A DNA stretch of 64,000 nucleotides from Mobula hypostoma (Eukaryota): NCBI RefSeq assembly GCF_963921235.1, contig NC_086107.1:103604001-103668000 (forward strand). The letters run 5' to 3'. Positions 53,480 through 64,000 of the stretch are shown here, one piece after another; within the stretch, counting starts at the first letter, position 1, and each line of letters begins with the position of its first letter. The position numbers and the translations under genes are program-made. The notes under the pieces are model-generated. The model was not told the origin of the DNA and did not search any database. It saw nothing but the letters and a program-made list of their open reading frames with translations.

Positions 53480-55055
53480 AGCGACACACATAAAATGCTG
53501 GGGGATCTCAGCAGGCCAGGCAGCATCTATGAAAAGGAATAAACAGTCAACGTTTTGGGCCAAGTCTCTTCTTCAGGACTGGAAAGGAAGGGGGAAGACG
53601 CCAGAATAAATAGGTGGGGGGAGGCAAAGGAGGACTAGCTTGAAGGTGATAGGTGAAGCCAGGTGGGTGGGAAAGGTAAAGGGCTGGAGAGGATGGAATC
53701 TGATAGGAGAGGAGAGTGGACCATGGGAGAAAAGGAAGTTGGAGAAGCACCAGGGAAGGTGATAGGCAGGAGAGGAGAAGAGGTAAACGGCCAGAGTGGG
53801 GAATAGAAGAAGAGGAATGGAGGAAGTGGAAAGATACTCTTTTTACCAGAAGCAGAAATCAATATTCATGCCTTTAGGTTGGAGGTTGTCTAGACAGAAT
53901 ATTAGATTAGATTCAACTTTATTGTCATTGTGCCGAGTACAGATACAAAGCCAATGAAATACAGTTAGCATCTGACCAGAAATGCAAAGAATAGTGTTAT
54001 TTACAAAATAACTGCGAATAAAAAAAGTGCTACAGCACACAAATATAAAAGTACTGAGACAGTACAATATGGGTGCAATACTGCTTAGCGCTGTGATGAG
54101 AGGTTCAGCAGTGTCACAGCCTCAGGGAATAAGCTCTTCCTGTGCCTGCTGGTGTGGGAACGGAGGCTCCTGTAGCACCTACTGCATGGGAGGAGAGCAA
54201 AAAGTCCATGGTTAGGGTGAGATGCATCCCTGATAATGCTTTTCGCCCTGCCCAGGCAGCGTTTATGGTAGATGTTCTCAATGGTGGGCAATTGGGTGCT
54301 GATAATCCGAGATAATCCGATAATATGAGATGTTACTCCTCCAGCCTGAGAGTGGCTTCATCATGGCAAGAGAGGAGGCCGTGGACCTAGATGTCAGAAA
54401 GGGAAAGGGGGTAGGAATTATAAAATAGCTGGCAGATGGAGCGGAGGTGCTCGAGAAAGTGGTCCCCCAGTTTACATCGGGTTTCATCAGTGTAGAAGAG
54501 GCCACATCAGGATCACCAGATACAACAGACGACCCTAACAGATTTGAAAATGAAGTGTTGCCTCATCTCACCTGGAAGGACCATTTGGGGCCCTGGATGG
54601 AGGTGAATGGGCAAGTGTAGCATATCTGTTGCTTGCAGGGATATATGCCAGGAGGGAGACTAATGGGGAGGGACAAATGGGCAAGGGAATCCCTAGGAAA
54701 GCGGAGAGTTGGGGTGTAGGTAAAGATATGTTTGGTGGTAGGATCCCTTTGGAGATGGTGGAAGTTGTGCAGAATGATGTGGAGGCTCATGGAGTGGTAA
54801 GTGAGGAAAAGAGGAACTGTATCCTGGTTAAGGCGGCAGGTGAATAGGCAAGTGTCATTTGCAGGGATATGTGCCAGGATGAAGATTAGTGGGGAGGGAC
54901 AAATGGACAAGGGAATCCCTTGAAAAATGAAGAGTTGGGGGGTGGTTAGGTAAAGGTGTGTTTGTGGTAGGATCCTATTGAAGATGGCTGATGTTGTTGA
55001 CGATGTTGTGTTGGATGCGTAGACTCATGGGGTGGTAGTTGAGGGTAAGGGGAAC
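53480..55055 (-). mobile_element. longer decayed Penelope-like (Neptune-like) element: Cys-rich linker, GIY-YIG remnant, 3' end with decayed hammerhead
   Basis: VPLFLTYH...YPCKQQICYTCP, LQPKGMNIDF; internal tandem duplication ~54600-54840/54840-55050. Confidence 0.8.
53903..54321 (-). mobile_element. Rex1/Babar 3' fragment inserted in the Penelope-like element
   Basis: RCLGRAKSIIRDASHPNHGLFALLP; AATAT at 53898-53902 and 54322-54326. Confidence 0.82.
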
Positions 55056-55254
55056 TTGTGTTTACATTGAATGTAACCCTTCTACATTTTAACCAATGAT
55101 CAGTGATTTTATAACTTATCCCATGGACTAACAATAACCCGTCAAAGTATTACGGAAAAACTCTCAGTTGCATGAAAGTGAAAACCTTCGAAACATTCGA
55201 CTGAGGTTTAGGACTTGACCTCTCTCCGCCCAAGCACACTCCTTGCCCATCAGG

Positions 55255-55515
55255 CTACAGTGGTGTAGTGGTTAGCACGATGCTTTACAGTACAGGCAAC
55301 CCAGGTTCAGTTCCCGCCGCTCTCTTTAAAGAGTCTGTATGTTCTCCCTGTGATCGCGTAGGTTTTCTTCGGGTGCTCTGGTTTCCTCCCACAGCCCAAA
55401 GACGTACCGGTTGGTGCGTTAATTGGCCATTGTAAATTGTAGGATTAAATCGAAGTTTGCTGCGTGGTTCGGCTCAAAGGGCTTATTCCGTGCTGTGCCT
55501 TATTAGGTAAATAGA
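55255..55515 (+). mobile_element. V-SINE/HE1-type SINE
   Basis: TGGTGTAGTGG A box, GGTTCAGTTCCC B box, V-domain. Confidence 0.82.
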
Positions 55516-55965
55516 TTTACTCTTTTGCATAGTATCGTTAAACGCTCAATCCTGCACAAGTTATGTGCCAGTGATGGGTTGCGTACGTTGTCCCCCATTC
55601 CCATCTCCAAGTGGAGGTGGGAATGTTGGAGGCAGTAAACAGCCCTCGCTTTCTCTTTTGTCAGCATGTCCTGTGCTGGTCTCTAGCACCAAGTGCTTCT
55701 CTCTTCCACTGGGAAGCCAACTGTTGTGGTACTGTATCAGGAAGGAAAGAACATTGCAAACGCGCTTGACCTTGATGGCTATGAAAATGTTCGTTTTTGG
55801 AAAGCCTAGAAAACATCATTATTACTACAAAACAAGTACAAAAGCAAAGCAGTCTTGGCACAATTTTTAATAGGGCTTAGATGTGTCCACAATTGGAATA
55901 TCGTGCAACATTTTGATCTACTTACCTAAAGAAAGATATACTACCCCTTGAAGAGTGGAAGTATA

Positions 55966-56530
55966 CACTCAATGGCCACTTTATTAGATACCTGCTGTAC
56001 CTAATAAAGTAACCACTGGGTGTATGTTCATGGTCTTCTGCTGCTGTAGCCCATCCACTTCAAGTTGCGATGTGTTGTGTATTCAGAGATGCTCTTCAGC
56101 AAACCACTGTTGTAATACATGATTATTTGAGTTACTGTCTCCTTCCCTTGGACCAGTCTGGCCATTCTCCTCTGACCTCTCTCATTAACACGGCTTTTTC
56201 GCCCACAGAACTGCCACTCACTGGATTTTTTTTTTGTTTCTCACACCATTCTCTGTAAACTCTAGAGAGTGTTGTGTGTGAAAATCCCAGGAGATCAGCA
56301 GCTTCTGAGATACTCAAACCACCCCGTCTGGCAGCAACAGTCATTCCACTGTCAAAGTCTCTTAGATCACATTTCTTCCACATTCTGACGTTGGGTCTGA
56401 GCAATAACTGAACCTCTTGACCATGTCTGCATGCTTTTATGCATTGAGCTGCTGCCACGTGATTGGCTGATTGGATATTTGCATTAATGAACTGTTGTAC
56501 AGGAGTACCTAATAAAATGGCCTCTGAGTG
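55966..56530 (-). mobile_element. non-autonomous Tc1-like element with TA TSD and three TIR copies
   Basis: TA|CACTCAATGGCCACTTTATTAG ... CCTAATAAAATGGCCTCTGAGTG|TA; DFDSGMTVAARRGGLSISEAADLLGFSHTTLSRVYREW. Confidence 0.9.
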
Positions 56531-57614
56531 TACTTCTCCTCAGGAGATCAAACTGTTATCTGATTCCTTGGATAACTGCTACTGAGGTGGTCCTCTGAGG
56601 AGAATTTGAGCAAAGGAGGCCAATATACCCTAGAGTTTAGAGCAACGAACTACTGAATCATCTAAAGATGATAAGGAACATAAGCCATGGACAACTTGGG
56701 TGGCTGAGTGGGACAACACAAACTTGGAGACACGGTCAATGAACTGAGATGAGGAAGGATTAGTTTCACATAGAGGAATATAAATCCTCAGTATTCTGTA
56801 CCCTGAAGCCTGTGGATTTGGTATCTCACCAAAGGTTCTGGCAAATTTATGCAGGTGTACTGTGGAGAGCGTTCTGACTGGTTGCATGCAAGGGTCACCG
56901 CACATACTTGGAAAAGAATCTGCAGAGGGTTGTAAACTTAGCCATCTCCATCGTGGATACCAGCCTCCCCACCACAGAGGACATCTTCAAAAGCCAGTGC
57001 CTCAGTAAGGTGGCATCCATTATTAAGGATCCCCACCACCCAGGCCATGCCCTCTTTTCATTGCTGGTATCAGGAGACTGAAGGCACACACTCAGTGTTT
57101 TATGAACAGCTTCTTCCCCTCCGCCATCCGATTTCTGAATGGACATTGAACCCATGAACCTCACCATTTTGGCTCTCATTTTGCATTACTGATTATCTTC
57201 CAGATTGAGACTGGTAGATTTGTGAATACTCTGGAATGGGACAGGGATGCTGAGATTGAATATTGGTTCAAGTGCCAAAATGACTTTCTTCCTTCCTGTC
57301 TGTTTTCACCAGTTAACTGTTCCTTCATCTCCTTTTTTTTTTGGCTTCTCTCAGATGCCTTTCAGCACAAAGGTCTAAAGCCGAGAAACTCTTTAGCATA
57401 CTCCAGAATGCTGGCGCCACGTGTTTAGATGAAGACTCTCAATCCAAAACATCGACTGCGCATTTGCCTCCACAGATGCTGCCTGACCGACTAGGTTCCT
57501 CCAGCATCTTATTTGCTGCTCCAAATGGTTAGATCTTGATTTAACCCGAACAGAGCAGTGTCACAGCTTCGGTGACACTATGACGACCAGAGAATTCAAC
57601 TCCTCATATTAGAG

Positions 57615-58532
57615 TTGAATTGAATTCACTTTATTACTGTACTTACATCCTTCATGTGCATGAGGAGTAAAAATCTTTAATTAAGTCTCCATCTAAATGT
57701 GCAATGTGCAATTTATGGTAATTTATAATAAATAGTACGTACAACGGGACAGTCAATGTAGCACAGAAATACAATTGTATCAGTGTGAATTAACCAGTCT
57801 GATGGCCTGGTGGAAAAAGCTGTTCCAGAGCCTATTGGTCCTGGTTTTTATGCTATGGTACCATTTCCCAGATGGTAGCAGGTGGAGCAGTTTGTGGTTG
57901 GGATGACTCGAGCCCCCAATGATCCTTTCAGCCCTTTTTGCGCACCTGTCTTTGTAAGTGTTCTGAATAGTGGGAAGTTCACATCTACAGATGCGCTGGG
58001 CTGTCTTCACCACTCTCTGCAGAGTCCTGCGATTGAGGGAAGTACAGTTCCTATACCAGGCAGTGATGCAGCCAGTCAAGATGCTCTCAATTATGCCCCT
58101 GTAGAAAGTCCTTAGGATTTGGAGGCCCATACCAAACTTCTTCAACCGTCTGAGGTGAAAGAGATGCTGTTGTGCCTTTTTCACCACACAGCTGGTCTGT
58201 ACAGACCGCATTAGATCCTCAGTTATGTTTATGCCAAAGAACTTAAAGCTGTTCACCCTCTCAACCCCAGATCCTTTGATGTCAATAGGGGTCAGCCTGT
58301 CTCCATTCCCCCTGCAGTCCACAACCAGCTCCTTTGTCTTTGCGATGTTGAGGAAGAGGTTGTCTTCTTGCCACCACTGAGTCAGGGTGGTGGCTTCTTC
58401 TCTGAAGGCTGCCTCATTATTACTTGAGTTTAGACCAATCAGTGTAGAGTCGTCAGCAAATTTAATTAGCAGATCAGAGCTGTGGGTGGCTACACAGTCC
58501 TGAATGTACAGAGAGTAAAGGAGGGGGCTTAG
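57615..58532 (-). mobile_element. Rex1/Babar LINE RT C-terminal half plus 3' UTR
   Basis: LSPLLYSLY...KFADDS...LNIAKTKELVVD...FYRGIIESILTGCITAWY...LLPSGK; the ORF's first ~25 aa come from an adjacent CR1 tail. Confidence 0.92.
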
Positions 58533-59235
58533 TACCATAAGACCATAAGACCGTATGATATAGGAGCAGAATTCAGCCATTTGACCCATTGACTCTCCTC
58601 TACTATTCAATCATGGTTGATTTTTTTCAATCCCATCTCCTGTCTTCTCCCTGTAATCCTTTACTCCCCTGCCTATCCTAACAACCAATATTTTGGCAAG
58701 ACATAAACACAAAAGATTCTATAAATGCTGGAAATCCAGAGAAATGGTCACAAAGTGGTGGAAGGACTCAGCAAGTCAAGCAGCATCCATGGAAAGAAAC
58801 AAAGAGTTGACATTTTGGGTCAAGACCCATCATTAGGGTCTCCTGAAACTCCCCTAAATGGTCTCACATCCAAAATTACCGTCCCATGTGATTTTCAACC
58901 TCACTCCACTGAGAAACAGCCGTTCCAACTTGTAGAACCACCACGTGTTTCTAACCATCTCTCTGACAGAGCCGTTTACAGGGCTAGCACCCTCTCTGTG
59001 AGGCAATGTATGGTTTACTGGAGTCTGTGAGTCTGTGGGAACGAAGATCTCAGCTTTCAGACTGAGGAGTCATTCAATGGTGCTGCCACTTATCCCTAAA
59101 GCATCTTCATCTGCCGCTCATCAGAAGGCCAGGTAAAGTCCCTAAAAGAATGAAGGCTCCACCTTCTTTTCCGTCCATCCCGAGAGCCTGTACAGTGGGG
59201 TGTAGAGCTTTTTCCCACATACTAAAATTCACCAG

Positions 59236-59895
59236 GTCATCGTCGCTTGTCACACCAGACAGCCAGCCACTCTAGTGTTGTTTGGTTGATGTTGAGCAGG
59301 TCAGTGTCAGCTAAATCAGGTGAGAGTGGTCAGTTGTGCAGAACGTGTTCAATGTTCTGCACCCTTTCGCCACACTCACAGGATTCGCTGGTCTTTAAAC
59401 ACCACTTCACCATATTGTCTCCCGTCCTACAAACTCCCACTCTCGCTCTGTTGAGAGTGCACCACTTCCGTCTGTCAAGCAGTGCCCCGTCTGGCAACAT
59501 TTCTGTGGGGTCTTGCACTATATGGTTTAGTGGGGTTCTGGCTTCTGTTTGTTGCCAGATGTCAATCCTGTATGTTTGGAGAGATGTTCCGTGTGGTAGT
59601 TCCTCTACTGTAGCAAAGCTTTTCCTCGGTTTTAGGCGGTTGGAAACTGGCACATGATGATGTAGTGGGTGCCGTGGATCCGAGTTCTGTTTACCTTCTT
59701 CAATTTTTGTTGAAGTGTGTCTTCGGATCTCTGGGGGAGCAATGCCTGCAAGTCTGTAAATGATGTTAGTGGGTGTGGGGCGTAGTGTGCCCGTGATTAT
59801 TTGGCAGGCTTCGTTAAGCAACGGGTCAGTTTTCTTCACATGGGCTGATCTGCCCCACACAGGTGCACAGTATTCTGCAGGTGCATAGTACAGAC
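59236..59895 (-). mobile_element. Vingi (Ingi-group) LINE 3' fragment
   Basis: AEYCAPVWGRSAH...LAGIAPPEIRR...DPRHPLH...RLKPRKSF...CECGERVQNIEHV. Confidence 0.8.
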
Positions 59896-60149
59896 TGTAC
59901 TCATAGAGTTTACTCTTCACAAAGGTCTCCCTGTCAATCTCTTCTCGATGGTTTCCTTCACCCCTTCGTAAAAAGTCATTGAATCATAGAGTCACACAGC
60001 ACAGAAACAGGCCATTCGGCCCGTTGAGTCTGCACTGACCATCAACCACCCTAAACCCACAATAATTCCATAGAACCATAGAACCATAGAAACTACAGCA
60101 CAGAAACAGGCCTTTTGGCCGTTCTTGGCTGTGCCGAACCATTTTCTGC

Positions 60150-63087
60150 CTAGTCCCACTGACCTGCACACGGACCATATCCCTCCATACACCTCCCATC
60201 CATGTATCTGTCCAATTTATTCTTAAATGTTAAAAAAGAACCCGCATTTACCACCTCGTCTGGCAGCTCATTCCATACTCCCACCACTCTCTGTGTGAAG
60301 AAGCCCCCCCTAATGTTCCCTTTAAACTTTTCCCCCCTCACCCTTAACCCATGTCCTCTGTTTTTTTTCTCCCCTTGCCTCAGTGGAAAAAGCCTGCTTG
60401 CATTCACTCTATCTATACCCATCATAATTTTATATACCTCTATCAAATCTCCCCTCATTCTTCTACGCTCCAGGGAATAAAGTCCTAACCTATTCAACCT
60501 TTCTCTGTAACTGAGTTTCTCAAGTCCCGGCAACATCCTTGTAAACCTTCTCTGCACTCTTTCAACCTTATTTATATCCTTCCTGTAATTTGGTGACCAA
60601 AACTGAACACAATACTCCAGATTCGGCCTCACCAGTGCCTTATACAACCTCATCATAACATTCCAGCTCTTATACTCAATACTACGATTAATAAAGGCCA
60701 ATGTACCAAAAGCTCTCTTTACGACCCTATCTACCTGTGACGACACTTTCAGGGAATCTTGTATCTGTATTCCCAGATCCCTCTGTTCCACTGCACTCCT
60801 CAGTGCCTTACCATTAACCCTGTATGTTCTACGTTGGTTCCTTCCAACGTACAATACCTCACACTTGTCAGTATTAAACTCTATCTGCCATTTTTCAGCC
60901 CATTTTTCCAGCTGGTCCAAGTCCCTCTGTAGGCTCTGAAAGCCTTCCTCACTGTCTACTACACCTCCAATCTTTGTATCATCAGCAAACTTGCTGATCC
61001 AATTTACCACATTATCATCCAGATCGTTGATATAGATGACAAATAACAATGGACCCAGCACTGATCCCTGTGGCACACCACTAGTCACAGGCCTCCACTC
61101 AGAGAAGCAATTTTCTACCACCACTCTCTGGCTTCTTCCATCGAGCCAATGTCCAATCCAATTTACCACCTCTCCATGTATACCTAGCAACTGAATTTTC
61201 CTAACTAACCTCCCATGCGGGACCTTGTCAAAGGCCTTACTGAAGTCCATGTAGACAATATCCACTGCCTTCCCTTCATCCACTTTCCTGGTAACCTCCT
61301 CGAAAAACTCCAACAGATTGGTCAAACATGACCTACCACGCACAAAGCCATGTTGACTCTCCCTAATAAGCCCCTGTCTATCCAAATGCTTGTAGATTCT
61401 GTCTCTTAGTACTCCCTCCAATAACTTACCTACTACTGACGTTAAACTCACTGGCCTATAATTTCCCGGATTACTTTTCGATCCTTTTTTAAACAACGGA
61501 ACAACATGAGCCACTCTCCAATCCTCCGGCACTTTACCCGTAGACAGCGACATTTTAAATATTTCTGCCAGGGCCCCCGCAATTTCAACGCTAGTCTCCT
61601 TCAAGGTCTGAGGGAACACCCTGTCAGGTCTCGGGGATTTATCCACTTTAATTTTCCTCAAGACAGCAAGCACCTCCTCCTTTTCAATCTGTACAGTTGC
61701 CATGGTCTCACTACTTGCTTTCCTCAATTCCATAGATTTCATGCCAGCTTCCTTAGTAAATACAGACGCAAAAAACCTATTTAAGATCTCCCCCATTTCC
61801 TTTGGTTCCGCACAAAGCCGACCACTCTGATCTTCAAGAGGACCAATTTTATCCCTTACAATCCTTTTGCTCTTAATATACTTGTAAAAGCTCTTTGGAT
61901 TATCCCTCACTTTGACTGCCAAGGCAACCTCATGTCTTCTTTTTGCCCTCCTGATTTCTTTCTTAAGTATATTCTTGCACTTCTTATACTCCTCAAGCAC
62001 CTGATTTACCCCCTGTTTCCTATACATTTCATACAACTCCCTCTTCTTCTTTATCAGAGTTGCAATATCCCTTGAGAGCCAAGGTTCCTTATTCCTATTC
62101 AATTTGCCTTTAATCCTGACAGGAACATTCAAACTCTGCACTCTCAAAATTTCCCCTTTGAAGGCTTCCCAACTACCAATCACATCTTTGCCAGAGAACA
62201 ACCTGTCCCAATCCACGCTTTTTAGATCCTTTCTCATTTCTTCAAATTTGGCCTTCTTCCAGTTCAGAACCTCAACCCTAGGACCAGATCTATCCTTGTC
62301 CATGATCAAATTGAAACTAATGACGTTATGATCACTGGAACCAAAGTGCTCCCCTACACAGACTTCCGTCACTTGCCCTAATTCGTTTCGTAACAGGAGA
62401 TCCAATATTGCACCCCCTCTAGTTGGTCCCTCTATATACTGATTTAGAAAACTTCCCTGAACACATTTTACAAACTCTAAACCATCTAGACCCTTAACAG
62501 TATGGGAGTCCCAATCAATGTATGGAAAATTAAAATCCCCTACCACCACAACTTTATGTTTCCTGCAGTTGTCTGCTATCTCTCTGCAGATTTGCTCTTC
62601 CAAGTCTCGTTGACTATTGGGTGGTCTGTAATACAATCCCACTAATGTGGCCATACCTTTCCTGTTTCTCAGCTCCACCCATAAGGACTCAGTAGACAAG
62701 CCCTCTAATTTGTCCTGCCTGAGCACTGCTGTAATATTTTCCCTAACGAGCAATGCTACCACCACCCCCCCCCACCCCACCTTTCATTCCTCTGCCTCGA
62801 TCACATCTGAAACATCGGAACCCTGGAATATTAAGCTGCCAGTCCTGCCCCTGCTGTAGCTGAATTTCACTAATTGCTTTAACATCATAATTCCACGTGT
62901 CAATCCACGCCCTCAACTCATCCACCTTCCCTACAATACTCCTAGCATTGAAATATATACACCTCAGAAGATTTTTACCACCACTCACAACCTTTCTATT
63001 TGCAGCTTTGCTTGAACTTTTAACATCATTTATTTTCACCCCAGCCACACTGTCAGCTCTGACACTCTGGTTCCCATCCCCCTGCAA
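60150..63087 (-). pseudogene. CR1 ORF2 (APE endonuclease + RT) with one frameshift at the C-tract ~62760-62780
   Basis: 62743-63087 has YFNARS..K..EL and FRCDR; 60150-62780 continues with YRPP, GDFN, SDH, FADD. Confidence 0.93.
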
Positions 63088-63089
63088 AT

Positions 63090-63337
63090 CTAGTTTAAAG
63101 CCTCCCCAATAGCACTAACAAACCTCCCTGAAAGGATATTGGTCCCCTTGTAGTTCAAGTGTAACCCGTCTCTCTTGTACAGGTCCCACCTGCCCCAGAA
63201 GAGGTCCCAATGATCCTGAAATCTGAAACCCTGCCCCCTACACCAGTTCCTCAGCCACTTGTTCCTCCTCCAGAGCATCCTATTCCTACCCTCACTGGCA
63301 CTTAGCACAGGTAGCAATCCTGAGATTACCACCCTGG
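63090..63337 (-). pseudogene. CR1 ORF1 C-terminus, SGNH/GDSL esterase-like
   Basis: VVISGLLP...NKWLRNWC...DHWDLFW...YKRDGLHLN (DxxH motif). Confidence 0.85.
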
Positions 63338-63420
63338 ATTCCATTTCATTCTATTCTCCCCGCATTCCCATCGCTTCCCCCACCCACCCAATACTCTACC
63401 ACTCACCCACACACACAAGG

Positions 63421-63620
63421 GTTGTTGTTCCTTTCCGCACCCTGTGGTGCATCGGGTAGCATATTTTGCCGTTTCCATAGCATTTTGACTGTTTTTTTTT
63501 AAACAAGACCGAGCGGCTAGCTCGACGCCCAGCCCAGCATGGATGGAAAGCGTGCAAGGGGCCGGCCGGATTTGAACCCAGGATCCTTGGCCTGGAAGTC
63601 CCACTACACCACCAGTGGGC
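63421..63620 (-). mobile_element. second tRNA-derived SINE family with RTE-like tail
   Basis: minus strand TGGTGTAGTGG, GGTTCAAATCC, tail ATGCACCACAGGGTGCGGAAAGGAACAACAAC. Confidence 0.65.
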
Positions 63621-63818
<198 letters not shown>

Positions 63819-64000
63819 GGTAATGTACACAATTTGGGATGTGAGAGGAAAGCAGTGCACCCAGGGAGGGAGTGCAAACTCCACAGGAACAGCACAGGAG
63901 GTCAGGATCGAACCCGGGTCTCTCCGGGACTCTGAGGAAGCAGCTCTGCCAGCTCACCGCTGTGCTGCCCCAGAGAAATCGGCTCCTTGTATCTTGGCAG

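Larger units (their letters stand above)
60072..63337 (-). mobile_element. 3.27-kb young CR1/HER1-type LINE, truncated within ORF1, 7-bp TSD
   Basis: ATTCCAT at 60065-60071 and 63338-63344; (ATGGTTCT)n tail. Confidence 0.96.

Overview
Repeat-dense vertebrate genomic DNA, not prokaryotic. The repeat inventory points to a cartilaginous fish, probably a ray or shark (inference): CR1/HER1-type LINEs, HE1/V-SINE-type tRNA SINEs, Rex1/Babar, RTE, Hero, Vingi, Penelope-like elements, Tc1, hAT and Chapaev3 derivatives, and a Gypsy-type solo LTR. Host-gene signal is limited. Three phase-compatible terminal exons plus an AU-rich 3' UTR of an unidentified + strand gene lie at about 6.6-9.5 kb. A CpG-island promoter with a strong first-exon donor lies at about 39 kb, a second CpG-rich regulatory cluster at about 46 kb and a CTCF-like site at about 25 kb. 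The most notable hidden structure is a set of minimal type-I hammerhead ribozymes carried by two different Penelope-like families. Three have intact cores (12756-12791 -, 17692-17727 +, 53001-53042 +) and several more are decayed; all have a palindromic ACGU stem III that implies dimer-dependent cleavage. One sits in an inverted-repeat insertion bounded by a 12-bp target duplication. Also present are a 2.6-kb interrupted (CA)n array and several nested insertions with readable target-site duplications. Family names rest on motif recognition, not database searches, and most repeat boundaries are approximate.
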